Shown: positions 39,342 through 48,932 of the stretch, piece after piece
How positions within the stretch are numbered: position 1 is the first letter of the stretch
Layout of the letters: every line of letters starts with the position of its first letter
DNA from: an uncultured archaeon
GTDB taxonomy: Archaea; Iainarchaeota; Iainarchaeia; Iainarchaeales; JAAZKV01
Length of the DNA stretch: 64,000 nt
Direction of reading: 5' to 3'
NCBI GenBank assembly: GCA_964461205.1
Contig: CAYWUL010000002.1
Span: 17,779 to 81,778, forward strand
Program-made: the position numbers and the translations under genes
The notes under the pieces: model-generated
The model's input: only the letters and a program-made list of their open reading frames with translations
Told to the model about the DNA's origin: nothing
Databases searched by the model: none

Positions 39342-39971
39342 ATGTCATTCGAAAAAACTTGTGCAGAAGCAATTGTAAAAGAGATTACTTTCCAAGGAAG
39401 AAAGACAATTTCGAAAAAGAGAGTTTCAAAAGGATATAGGAATAAGTTACTTGACGATTCTATAAGAAAAAAAAGAACCAAGAGCGAAGCAAAAATAATT
39501 TCGAGTTTAGCATCAATAATAAATGTTCCACAAATATTAAGTGTTAATGAGCATGAGTGTGAAATAATAATGGAGTTTGTTGAAGGAAAAGTGTTAAAAG
39601 AGATAATTGAAAAGAAAAAAGAACTTGCTATTCTTGCTGGGCAAGAAATAAAGAAGATTCATCAAGCAGGAATTATTCATGGCGATCTAACAACATCAAA
39701 TATTATTTACAAAGTAAATGAAAAAAGCAAGACAAATAATAAAATTAATAATAATGGTGTGGGTGAATTATGGTTTATTGATTTTGGGTTAGGTTTTTTC
39801 TCAAAAAAAATAGAGGATGTGGCGACAGACTTGATTGTATTCAAAAAAACTTTTAACGCTACACATTCTTCTCTAAAAAATGGTTGGGATTTAGTTCTCC
39901 AAGGCTATAATCCAAGCAGGGCTTTGCAAGAAAGAATGAGTGCTATTGAGAAAAGAGCGAGATATCATTAA
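39342..39971 (+). CDS. bud32: KEOPS kinase/ATPase Bud32
   Basis: KKRVSKGYR, IIHGDLTTSN, IDFGL, EDVATDL, C-terminal RARY. Confidence 0.92.
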   Translation: MSFEKTCAEAIVKEITFQGRKTISKKRVSKGYRNKLLDDSIRKKRTKSEAKIISSLASIINVPQILSVNEHECEIIMEFVEGKVLKEIIEKKKELAILAGQEIKKIHQAGIIHGDLTTSNIIYKVNEKSKTNNKINNNGVGELWFIDFGLGFFSKKIEDVATDLIVFKKTFNATHSSLKNGWDLVLQGYNPSRALQERMSAIEKRARYH

Positions 39972-40093
39972 TATTTACACTCGACTCTAAGAGGCACCGT
40001 AAATTAGCTTTATAAACCTTCTTTTCAAGAAAGTAAGTATAGTTTTAATGTTCTTTTCCTTACCAAGAGGGAGGAAAGGTTAAAGTGATTTAA

Positions 40094-40489
40094 ATGGTGA
40101 GCAAAGAGTCAAAAGTTAATGTGAAGGACGTTGAAGAGACGGTTGTTTCATTAGCAAATGCAGGTCATTCTCCTAGTAAGATAGGACTTATTTTAAGAGA
40201 TGAACATGGTATAAAAAATTTTAAGGAATTAACTGGAAAAACAATCCAAGATACTCTTGCAAAAAACGATTTGTTGGGTGAAATGCCTGAAGACTTATTA
40301 AATTTAATTAGAAAGAGTGTTATGTTAAATAATCACTTAAATAAGAACAGAAAGGATTTTTCTGCAAAACATGGGTATGAATTAACTGTCTCTAAGATAA
40401 GAAAACTTGGAAGATATTATTCTAAAAAAGGAAGAATTGACGCAAACTGGAGATATAGTCCAGAGTCAGCAGCATTACTGGTGAAATAA
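40094..40489 (+). CDS. rps15: 30S ribosomal protein uS15
   Basis: SPSKIGLILRDEHG, PEDLLNLIRK, SKIRKLGRYY. Confidence 0.95.
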   Translation: MVSKESKVNVKDVEETVVSLANAGHSPSKIGLILRDEHGIKNFKELTGKTIQDTLAKNDLLGEMPEDLLNLIRKSVMLNNHLNKNRKDFSAKHGYELTVSKIRKLGRYYSKKGRIDANWRYSPESAALLVK

Positions 40490-40584
40490 TGGAGATAGAA
40501 TCAAAGTTGATTGATAATAAAAAAATTGTTTTTGAAGGAAGAGGTTTAGAAGGATTAAAGAGTATTGATGATTTATTGAAGTGA
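40489..40584 (+). pseudogene. 31-codon ORF in the usual pcc1 position; possible remnant
   Basis: TAATG coupling to rps15; MEIESKLIDNKKIVFEGRGLEGLKSIDDLLK*; stop lies in the rps3ae SD region. Confidence 0.35.
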
Positions 40585-40589
40585 TTTTT

Positions 40590-41171
40590 ATGGTTGAAAA
40601 AAAAGGAACAAGAAGAACAGTTGACAAGTGGAAAAAGAAAAAATGGTTCACCATTACTGCTTCAAAAATGTTTGATGGAAAGTCATTAGGAGAGACTCCT
40701 GCTGAAAAACCAATTAATTTGGTTGGAAGAACAATAAAAGTCACAATGGATGTTTTAACAGGACAAAGAACTAGGCGAGATATAAAAATTTCTTTCAAAA
40801 CAAATGATGTTCAAGGACAAAAAATTACAACTACTATTTCACAATTTGAAACAAACAAGGCATCTTATGGGAGAGCTTTAAGAAGAAGAAATAGCAAGGT
40901 TGCATTGATAGAAAAAATTCCAGTTAAAGGCGGAGATGCAAGAGTTACTACTGTTATTATTACTGTTAATAAAGCAACTCAAAAGCAAAAAACCGGACTA
41001 AGAGCTTTAATGAAGAAAGAAATGGCACAATTTAAGGACAAAGACTTTGAAGATGTTGTAAGTGACTTATTGATTGGAAAGTTTTCAAGTGATTTACACA
41101 GAAAAGCTGGGAAAATTTGTTTGGTAAAAAAAGCAGTAGTTGCTAAAGCAACTTTTACCGAGGCAAAGTAA
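40590..41171 (+). CDS. rps3ae: 30S ribosomal protein eS1 (S3ae)
   Basis: DKWKKKKWF, LGETPAEKP..LVGRT. Confidence 0.92.
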   Translation: MVEKKGTRRTVDKWKKKKWFTITASKMFDGKSLGETPAEKPINLVGRTIKVTMDVLTGQRTRRDIKISFKTNDVQGQKITTTISQFETNKASYGRALRRRNSKVALIEKIPVKGGDARVTTVIITVNKATQKQKTGLRALMKKEMAQFKDKDFEDVVSDLLIGKFSSDLHRKAGKICLVKKAVVAKATFTEAK

Positions 41172-41174
41172 CCC

Positions 41175-41867
41175 ATGTATATTTTTGAGTTAGTTATTGT
41201 ATTGCTTTTTCTGCTAATATTTTCTGTTCTTTCTTATAAAAAAAAGTTATTAAACCTTGAAGGAGTTTTAATCGCGAATGCTGTTGGTTTGGCAGCAATC
41301 ACTTATGGCCCAACTCCTTTAATCGATTTTTTGGCAGTAGTATTATTCTTTGTTGTTGGAGAAATTGCAAGCAATTATCCAAAAAAGAAACATAGTGAAA
41401 GAGGAATATGGAATGTTGTCGGAAACTCCTTGTCCGCATTAGCAATTCTATCACTGGTTGTTATTTATCCTGAACATGCATTGGTTTTTGAAATTGGTTT
41501 CTTTGGAGCAATTGCTGCTGCGCTAGCCGATACATTATCTTCAGAAGTAGGATATTATTCAAAGAGCAAACCAATAATGATAACTACTCTTGAAAAAGTT
41601 CCACGAGGCACAGATGGAGGAATAACTTTGCTTGGAGAAATAGCTGGTTTAATTGGAGGAATACTTATCGCAATAGTATATTTTTTGATAAACCCAAGTT
41701 TGATTATTTTTTTCGCAATAATTATTGCGGGTTTCATAGGAACAAATATTGATTCATTATTTGGGGCAGTTTTTGAAACAAAAAAAGTTTTAAACAACAC
41801 TCACGTTAATTTAGTATGTGGTTTAGCCGGAGCATTATTCGCTTTCTTGGTTGGCCTATTAATATGA
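41175..41867 (+). CDS. DUF92/TMEM19 membrane protein
   Basis: R...NVVGN, ADTLSSEVG, VPRGTDGGITLLG, DSLFGA, NNTHVN. Confidence 0.9.
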   Translation: MYIFELVIVLLFLLIFSVLSYKKKLLNLEGVLIANAVGLAAITYGPTPLIDFLAVVLFFVVGEIASNYPKKKHSERGIWNVVGNSLSALAILSLVVIYPEHALVFEIGFFGAIAAALADTLSSEVGYYSKSKPIMITTLEKVPRGTDGGITLLGEIAGLIGGILIAIVYFLINPSLIIFFAIIIAGFIGTNIDSLFGAVFETKKVLNNTHVNLVCGLAGALFAFLVGLLI

Positions 41868-41876
41868 GTGAGTAAA

Positions 41877-42389
41877 ATGGAAATTCTTGAAATAATAATT
41901 CTAATTATTGCGTATGTAATCCCACTATACTTAGCAAATGCAACTCCAATAATTATTCATGGAAAAAAGCCACTTGATTTTGGAAAAAACTGGAAGGGAA
42001 AAAGAATTCTTGGAGATGGAAAATCAATTGTTGGTAGTGTTGCCGGGGTAATTGTTGGTTTTTTGGCAGCAATAATATTTTCTTTTTCTTATCCGCCATT
42101 ACTCGTAACAATTCCAAATTATTTATTCTTAGCTTTCTTGCTTGCGTTTGGTGCAATCCTTGGGGACATTGTTGAAAGCTTTTTTAAGAGAAGAATGGGC
42201 CTGAAAAGAGGAGCACAACTAATTCTCTGTGATCAATTAGATTTTGTTATTGGCGGTTTAATATTAAGTTTGATAATAAGGATTCCCGAACTCGAGGTTA
42301 TCGTTGTTTTGTTAATTGCAACAATTTTTATTCACATAATCACTAATTTTATTGCTTTCAAATTAAAGCTAAAAAAAGTTCCGTGGTAA
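41877..42389 (+). CDS. carS: CDP-archaeol synthase
   Basis: PLYLANATP, PLDFG, ILGDGKS, GDIVESFFKRR, DQLDF, KKVPW. Confidence 0.92.
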   Translation: MEILEIIILIIAYVIPLYLANATPIIIHGKKPLDFGKNWKGKRILGDGKSIVGSVAGVIVGFLAAIIFSFSYPPLLVTIPNYLFLAFLLAFGAILGDIVESFFKRRMGLKRGAQLILCDQLDFVIGGLILSLIIRIPELEVIVVLLIATIFIHIITNFIAFKLKLKKVPW

Positions 42390-42450
42390 AATGAAGAATA
42401 AGTTAGTTAAAAATAAAAAAAATAAATTAAATATAAAAATAGGCAATAAT

Positions 42451-42924
42451 ATGAAGTTGCTTTTATTTTTAATAAAGTTTATAATAATCTTTTCAATTCT
42501 TGGATTCATATTGTCAATAATTGATTTATCTTTTTTGAATAATTTTATTGCCTTTGTTAGTAGTAGTTTTTTAGGACTCAATTTTTTTGAAAACACGGTT
42601 TTTGTTGGCACACAAACATTTGTTGTAACTAATTATTGTACTGGTTTTATGAGTGCAATCATATTGGCATCAATAATATTTGCTTTGCGAAGGCCAAATC
42701 TGTTCAAAAAGTTCAAAATATTCTTATTTGGTGCCCTATTATTGCTTGTTATAAATGTTCCAAGGGTAATGTTGGTATTACTTTTTGCAAGAGCTTGGAT
42801 AGGGATCGATATTGAATTAATACACTCAATAACTTGGTTTGTAATGAGTGCAATAATATTAGTTATTTGGTATTATGTTTCTCGAATAGTTTCTAAAGAA
42901 AAAGATATTTCTAATTTGTTATAA
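42451..42924 (+). CDS. Exosortase/archaeosortase-family membrane protein (start 42391 or 42451)
   Basis: Cys-Arg-His triad pattern YCTG, INVPR, LIHSI within multiple TM helices. Confidence 0.75.
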   Translation: MKLLLFLIKFIIIFSILGFILSIIDLSFLNNFIAFVSSSFLGLNFFENTVFVGTQTFVVTNYCTGFMSAIILASIIFALRRPNLFKKFKIFLFGALLLLVINVPRVMLVLLFARAWIGIDIELIHSITWFVMSAIILVIWYYVSRIVSKEKDISNLL

Positions 42925-43002
42925 ATAAATTAATGTGAACAGAAAGCATTGTGTTTGACAGTAACATACTTAGTTTGAATGAGATTTGTTTTTGAAGAAT
43001 TC

Positions 43003-44661
43003 TTATTTTTCTTTATCTTCTTTTTTTTCGATTCCTTCAGCGATCTTTTCTAGTATCTTTGTGAATGCAGGTCTAGTAATAAATACTCCAATTAAAGCTC
43101 CTACTATTGCTACTATTGCAAAACCATATAACTTATCAATTCCAGGATAAGATCTTGCAAACATTGTTATTGGTAACATTACTGCGATCATTGTGAAGGC
43201 AGAAGTCATAATAATAAATAAAGCTGCTTTTGCTCTACTCAATAAAGATTCTTTTATTTTTTTTGATTTTGCCATTATCTCATCAGTAATAACTATTTCT
43301 GAGTCCACTCCTGTTCCAATTGCAGCAATCAATCCTGCGAAAGCAGCTAGGTCCAATGGTCTTTGTGTTAATACAATAAAACCTAGGTTCAATAATACTT
43401 CGCTTCCGCCAATAATGAATATTGGAATTGCTAATTTGAAATTTCGGTATCTAATAGTTATTACTATTCCAACAACAATGAAAGCAATAATTGCCATCAT
43501 TATTACAATTGATTTGAATGATTCTCCAAGTGAGGGTGAAATAGTTTCTTTTGAAATACTCTTTACTGGTGTTGGTAAAGAACCAGATTCTAATAAAATT
43601 GCTAATTCATCTAGCTCACTAAATGCGATGTCAGCACTTTCTCTTCTTCCGCTAATCCTTAAATTAGAGAATTGTTTTGCTTGGCTAATATCTGCAACAT
43701 CTTCGTTTGTTATTCCTTCAGTTAAACTAATTATTTGTTGTGCGTTTAGTACATCCCATGTCCAAGGTGCATCATTTTTTGGGTATTTTGTTACTTCAAA
43801 TCCTTTTTCTTGCAAAGCGAGTATGACATCGTTTCCTATTCCTGGAGAAACAATAGCTTGTTGTGTTTTAAGTAAGGCTCCTGCTAAAATTGTTGGATCT
43901 AAATTACCATCATAAACAATAAAATTTAATTGAGAGTCTTGAATTATTTCTTCAATATCTGATTGTTGAGGAATATTCAATAAGGTGTCTCCAACAAATA
44001 TTGCTTCACTATCTTCATAATATTGGTCTTCATCAATAACAATCAAGGCATTTGGTTTGTCTAAGAAAAATATTGTTTTTTCACAATCATAAATTGGTTT
44101 TCCTTCCGGAGTAAAGCTTGTTGCTGAACATTGGTGGAAAGTTTTTTCTGTGAAACTAATTGTTGCTTGTTCATTTAAAACAAACGGAAGACTCCACTCA
44201 TAAGCACCTGGGCCAGCTTGGTAAACTCCAAAACTATTGTCTCCTCTAAGGACTTTTTTGATTTCGTCCCCTGTGAAAACGGTTTCTCCGTTTAAGTTTG
44301 CTTCAAATTTTCCTTGTTGTCTTATTCTTGACTCAATTTTTTCTAATTCAACAGCATCTGTTTCTGATACTTGTATAATTATGAATTGTTTTCCTACAGG
44401 GGTAACAGTGAAGTCTCTTAATCCTGATGGATCAATTCTTTGAGAAATAATACTTGCGATTCTTGTTAGTTCATCGACTTCAACTTCTTTTTGCAATTCT
44501 ATTTGAAGTAATGTTCCTCCTTCGAAATCAAGTCCAAGTTTTACATTAGTATTTCCTAGATAACCATTTTCATCATGTCCTGTATTAACAAATATTATTC
44601 CGAATGCTAACAATAAAGCGATTACTAAGAGTAAAATTCTCCAGTTTGTTAATAATTTCAT
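43003..44661 (-). CDS. secD: Protein translocase subunit SecD
   Basis: KLGLDFEGG, LESGSLP, ISPSLG, IGTGVDSEIVITDE. Confidence 0.93.
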   Translation of the reverse strand: MKLLTNWRILLLVIALLLAFGIIFVNTGHDENGYLGNTNVKLGLDFEGGTLLQIELQKEVEVDELTRIASIISQRIDPSGLRDFTVTPVGKQFIIIQVSETDAVELEKIESRIRQQGKFEANLNGETVFTGDEIKKVLRGDNSFGVYQAGPGAYEWSLPFVLNEQATISFTEKTFHQCSATSFTPEGKPIYDCEKTIFFLDKPNALIVIDEDQYYEDSEAIFVGDTLLNIPQQSDIEEIIQDSQLNFIVYDGNLDPTILAGALLKTQQAIVSPGIGNDVILALQEKGFEVTKYPKNDAPWTWDVLNAQQIISLTEGITNEDVADISQAKQFSNLRISGRRESADIAFSELDELAILLESGSLPTPVKSISKETISPSLGESFKSIVIMMAIIAFIVVGIVITIRYRNFKLAIPIFIIGGSEVLLNLGFIVLTQRPLDLAAFAGLIAAIGTGVDSEIVITDEIMAKSKKIKESLLSRAKAALFIIMTSAFTMIAVMLPITMFARSYPGIDKLYGFAIVAIVGALIGVFITRPAFTKILEKIAEGIEKKEDKEK

Positions 44662-45695
44662 TTTCTTCCCTCTTTAAACCAAAGTAATATTGGTGCATTC
44701 ATGAACCAAGTTGCTATAACATCCCCAACCAAACCAAATAATAATATTGCTGAAATATGATAAATAATTTCGATTTGGTAGAAATAAGAAATAATTAGCA
44801 TTGCTGTTAATGCAGCAATGGTTGTTCCTGTCATTGTTAAACCAGTCTTCATTGAAGTAGTTGCTCTTTCTCCTGCCGTTCCAGATTTTTCTTTTAAAAC
44901 TCTTGATGTTAACATTATGTCTGTGTCAACAGAATAACCAACCAATAATAATAATGCGGGCATTGTTGTTAATGAAAGAGGAATATTCAACAAGGCCATT
45001 CCTGCTAAACCAGCGATAATGTCAAATATCATTGCTTGTATTATTGCTGCGCTTGGAACAAGTTGTCTAAAAGCAACAAATACAACTATTGCTATTAAAA
45101 TAAAACCAATTATTGATATTTGTATTATTCCTTGGAAAGACGCTCCTCCAATTGTTGGAGAAATTTCTTTTCTTTGGAATTCAACATTTTGTCCAAGGGC
45201 AAGTTTTTCACTAAGAGCATTTTGTAATTTTAAATAAAATTCTTCTTTATATAATAGTAATGCATCTTGTGCATCTAACAAAGCTAGTTTTGCATTAGAA
45301 AATTCTTTTGCTTCTCCACCAAGCAAGACAATTAACTCGTTTGAAAAAGCAATTGATTCTGTATCATTATCTAGACTAGCACTTGCTTTGTCTAATAATT
45401 CTTCTGCTTGTGATGTTAATGGGTCCTTACTATATTCAATCCATGCTCCGTATCCTGTTGGAGAAGCAATTGTTGAAACTTTTAAATCCACTAAGTCAAA
45501 GCTTTCTGTCAAAACACTTGTGATTTGCTCTTTGTCTAATTCTATTGCTGATCTAATAATAATAACATTTCCGCCTGTAAGATCAATTCCTGGTGTAATG
45601 CCCGGGAAAACCAGAATTAGGAATAACATTGGTATAAGCAGGATTATTGGGATTATCATGTATTTCTTGTATCTTTGCCCGAAAAAATCATCCAT
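44658..45695 (-). CDS. secF: Protein translocase subunit SecF
   Basis: GIDLTGG, GYSVDTDIMLT, TWFMNA. Confidence 0.93.
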   Translation of the reverse strand: MDDFFGQRYKKYMIIPIILLIPMLFLILVFPGITPGIDLTGGNVIIIRSAIELDKEQITSVLTESFDLVDLKVSTIASPTGYGAWIEYSKDPLTSQAEELLDKASASLDNDTESIAFSNELIVLLGGEAKEFSNAKLALLDAQDALLLYKEEFYLKLQNALSEKLALGQNVEFQRKEISPTIGGASFQGIIQISIIGFILIAIVVFVAFRQLVPSAAIIQAMIFDIIAGLAGMALLNIPLSLTTMPALLLLVGYSVDTDIMLTSRVLKEKSGTAGERATTSMKTGLTMTGTTIAALTAMLIISYFYQIEIIYHISAILLFGLVGDVIATWFMNAPILLWFKEGRK

Positions 45696-45771
45696 TCTTA
45701 TTCACTTTCCCTTAAGAGTAATATAATTGTTATTAGTATAAATTAAAAAACTGCTTAACCTTAAATATGTT

Positions 45772-46041
45772 ATGGGAACGAGAAAAAGAGAAAATAGGCC
45801 GCCTCAAAAAGCCAGACTGGTACAACCAAGCCCCGCTAAAATAAAACAAGCAGCATTACATGTTCTTAAAGGGGTTGCGGAATATAATGCTATTGGTAGA
45901 AGATATTCGATTGAGAGATTGTTGAAAGAACAACCAGCAATAATGGCTGAGATTAAGGAAGAACGTCCAATATTATTTGCTACTGCAATAAGGAAATACG
46001 AAAAATATCTTAGAGAAATAGAAGAGGCTCAAAAACAATAG
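45772..46041 (+). CDS. Small basic orphan protein
   Basis: N-terminus MGTRKRENRPPQKAR; TATA-like CTTAAATA just upstream; T-run after the stop. Confidence 0.6.
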   Translation: MGTRKRENRPPQKARLVQPSPAKIKQAALHVLKGVAEYNAIGRRYSIERLLKEQPAIMAEIKEERPILFATAIRKYEKYLREIEEAQKQ

Positions 46042-46098
46042 TTTTTTTAGAATAAAAAAAGATTATTAAATTATTTGAATTAATTGGAATGAGTTTTT

Positions 46099-47070
46099 AT
46101 GAATCTAAAATTAATTGAAAGACCAGACAAGTTACTTGATATTGCTTTTTCAAGAGCAAGAAAAAAAGCTTCACATTATAAAAAACAAAAAACTATTTTT
46201 TATACTATTAAAGGAAAAGAAATTGCGAAAGTTGATGAATCGGCAACTTATTTAGAAGAAAGATTAAAACAAGTAGTAATAGCTTTTCCAAGCGTTAATA
46301 CTCTTGATCCGTTTTACAAAGATTTATTTGAATTTGTTATTGATTTGAATGAGACAAAAAAAGCATTGGGCCAAATGACTGCTGTTGCGAAAATAATAAA
46401 AAATCTGAGAAGAAAAACAATAGTTGCTCTTAAAGAGCTCCCATATATAAAAGAAGAAAGATCAATGGACAAAGCAAAAAATATTTCAAGAGGATATTTT
46501 GGGAGAGTTTCTTCATTAATAAAAGAACTGAAGAATTCAATAGAAGTTTATAATAGTGCTACAATAAAACTCAAGGAACTTCCTTCAATAAATACGAGGG
46601 ATGATGTTTATTTGTTAGCTGGTTTGCCAAATGTGGGCAAATCAACACTGCTTGGAAAAGTTACTACTTCAACTCCAAAAATTGCTTCATACCCTTTCAC
46701 AACAAAAGGGCTGAATGTTGGAAAATTTGTTAAAAAACATTTAAATGTACAAGTAATTGATACGCCGGGTTTGCTTGACCGACCACTTTCTGAAAGAAAC
46801 AGAATTGAATTAAAAGCAATTAGTGCTTTTCAACATTTAAAAGGAACAATTATTTTTGTTGTTGACCCATTACAAGGAATCGAACCACAAACAAATTTAT
46901 TAAAAGAATTAAAGAAACTCTTTACTGACAAAGGTTTTATTGTTGTAATAAACAAGACTGATTTGGTTGATGAAGAAAAGGTAAGAAATATTAAAGAAGA
47001 ATTCAAGGATTACTTTGTTTTATTAGAGGGTGAAGGGTTAAATAACTTAAAAAAAGAGATTGTGGATTAA
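46099..47070 (+). CDS. NOG1-family GTPase
   Basis: DIAFSRA, GLPNVGKST, YPFTTK, DTPGLLDRP, NKTD. Confidence 0.93.
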   Translation: MNLKLIERPDKLLDIAFSRARKKASHYKKQKTIFYTIKGKEIAKVDESATYLEERLKQVVIAFPSVNTLDPFYKDLFEFVIDLNETKKALGQMTAVAKIIKNLRRKTIVALKELPYIKEERSMDKAKNISRGYFGRVSSLIKELKNSIEVYNSATIKLKELPSINTRDDVYLLAGLPNVGKSTLLGKVTTSTPKIASYPFTTKGLNVGKFVKKHLNVQVIDTPGLLDRPLSERNRIELKAISAFQHLKGTIIFVVDPLQGIEPQTNLLKELKKLFTDKGFIVVINKTDLVDEEKVRNIKEEFKDYFVLLEGEGLNNLKKEIVD

Positions 47071-47148
47071 GTTGATTTAAAAACGTTTTCGTACTAAACT
47101 CTTCTTGGTTACAGATCTTAATTTATTTGTCTGAAACCAGGTGTTATT

Positions 47149-47388
47149 ATGGATGAAACCATAGAAATAATGGAAGAAATTATTGAGGACAGAAGTGTTC
47201 CAAGGAATATTCGTGCAAAAATAGAAGAAGCTATTTCTAAAGTAAGACAAAACAATGCTACTACTTTGAGTGAAGCAATTTATTTGCTTGATGATATTAG
47301 CAAGGATATTAACATGCCTGATCATACACGAACAGACATTTGGCACATAATTTCACTGGTTGAAGGCAAGAAAGAAAAGATGAAGTAA
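47149..47388 (+). CDS. UPF0147 family protein
   Basis: EDRSVPRNIR, D.NMP.HTRT.IW. Confidence 0.9.
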   Translation: MDETIEIMEEIIEDRSVPRNIRAKIEEAISKVRQNNATTLSEAIYLLDDISKDINMPDHTRTDIWHIISLVEGKKEKMK

Positions 47389-47405
47389 CCAGTAGATGGT
47401 TTTGA

Positions 47406-48932
47406 TTGGAAGACATAATATCTTTTGCTGAAGAAAAAGGACTAATCATGTCAAAAGAATCAGTTGAACTTTTAAGAAATAATAAAGATTGGAAGAGTGT
47501 TCTTGAAGATTTTGCAAAAGAAGGGCAAGCGTTTATTGAACCAGCATTGCTTGAAAAAAAATTATCAAGAACAAAATTATCTCAAATGAAACCGCTTGAA
47601 GTTGAAGTTCGAAAAACAAATTTTAATGCACAAGCAAGAGAACGTGCACCTAATTTTAGAGTGATGAAAGAATATGATGTTACTGGGCAAAGTAATTCTG
47701 AAGGGACAGTTGATGACTTTTTGAGATTATTTAGAAGTAAATACAAATTATTATCAGAAATGTTAAAAGAAAGACACAATCTTTTTCCAATAGAAATAAA
47801 AAATCTAAAAGCAATTAGGAAAAATGAAAACGTTGACATAATTGGAATTGTAAATAAAAAATGGACTACAAAAAATAATCACCTTGCGTATGAAGTAGAA
47901 GATATGACTGGAAAATGCATTGTGTTGATAATGGAGAGGGACAGAGAACTAATGCAAAAAGGAGAAAGAATTCTAGAAGATAATGTATTAGGTATAAAGG
48001 GAGCAAAAATTGGGGATGATTTTATTATAATAAAAGAAGTGTACTGGCCCGATATGCCAATACGAAGTGCAAAATTATTAAATGAAGATATCTATGTTGG
48101 ATGCACATCTGATTTTCATATTGGAAGTAATTTGTTTATGGAAAAACCTGTTCAGAAATGGTTAGACTATTTAAATGGAAAAAATCTAAATGCAAAACAA
48201 TTAGATAAAGTTGGAAAGATGCAGTACTTGTTTGTTGTTGGAGACAATGTTTCAGGGGTGGGGGTATTTCCGGGACAATTTGATGAATTGATTATCAAGG
48301 ATATCTATAAGCAATATGAAGCATTTGAGGACATAATGTTACAGTTGCCAGAATATATACAAGTTTTTATTTGTCCAGGGCAGCACGATGCTGTGAGAAG
48401 AGCTGAACCCCAACCGGGAATCGCAAAAGAATTTTGTCCACGCTTGCACAATTTAAGAAATTTCCATTTTATTTCTTCTCCATCATGGGTAGAAATTGAA
48501 GGATTAAAAAATTTGGTTTATCATGGCCCAAGTATTCACGATTTAATTAGTAGTGTTTCTTTTTTAGAAATGGACAAACCACAAGACGGAATGGTTGAAT
48601 TATTAAAGAAAAGAGATTTGATGCCAAAATATGGTGGGAGAAATCCGTATGTTCCTGAAAAAAAGGATTATATGGTTATCAAAGAAGTTCCTGACTTAGT
48701 GTGGATAGGGGACATGCATCATAATGGTTATGCAACTTATCGTGGAACAACAGTTATTAATGGTGGATGTTGGGAAGCTCAAACTGATTTTCAAAAAAAG
48801 ATAGGACACCATCCAACTCCAGGAGTATTTCCGATGATAAATTTGAAAAACAGACAAATAACAGAAGTTTATTTTGCTAGAAAAGCTGAACAAAAAGAAA
48901 TTGATTTGGCGGGTGAAGACAATGCAAAATAA
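47406..48932 (+). CDS. polB: DNA polymerase D small subunit DP1
   Basis: OB fold plus calcineurin-like phosphoesterase SDFHIGS, HDAVRRAEPQP, YHG, QTDFQ; TTG start. Confidence 0.93.
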   Translation: MEDIISFAEEKGLIMSKESVELLRNNKDWKSVLEDFAKEGQAFIEPALLEKKLSRTKLSQMKPLEVEVRKTNFNAQARERAPNFRVMKEYDVTGQSNSEGTVDDFLRLFRSKYKLLSEMLKERHNLFPIEIKNLKAIRKNENVDIIGIVNKKWTTKNNHLAYEVEDMTGKCIVLIMERDRELMQKGERILEDNVLGIKGAKIGDDFIIIKEVYWPDMPIRSAKLLNEDIYVGCTSDFHIGSNLFMEKPVQKWLDYLNGKNLNAKQLDKVGKMQYLFVVGDNVSGVGVFPGQFDELIIKDIYKQYEAFEDIMLQLPEYIQVFICPGQHDAVRRAEPQPGIAKEFCPRLHNLRNFHFISSPSWVEIEGLKNLVYHGPSIHDLISSVSFLEMDKPQDGMVELLKKRDLMPKYGGRNPYVPEKKDYMVIKEVPDLVWIGDMHHNGYATYRGTTVINGGCWEAQTDFQKKIGHHPTPGVFPMINLKNRQITEVYFARKAEQKEIDLAGEDNAK

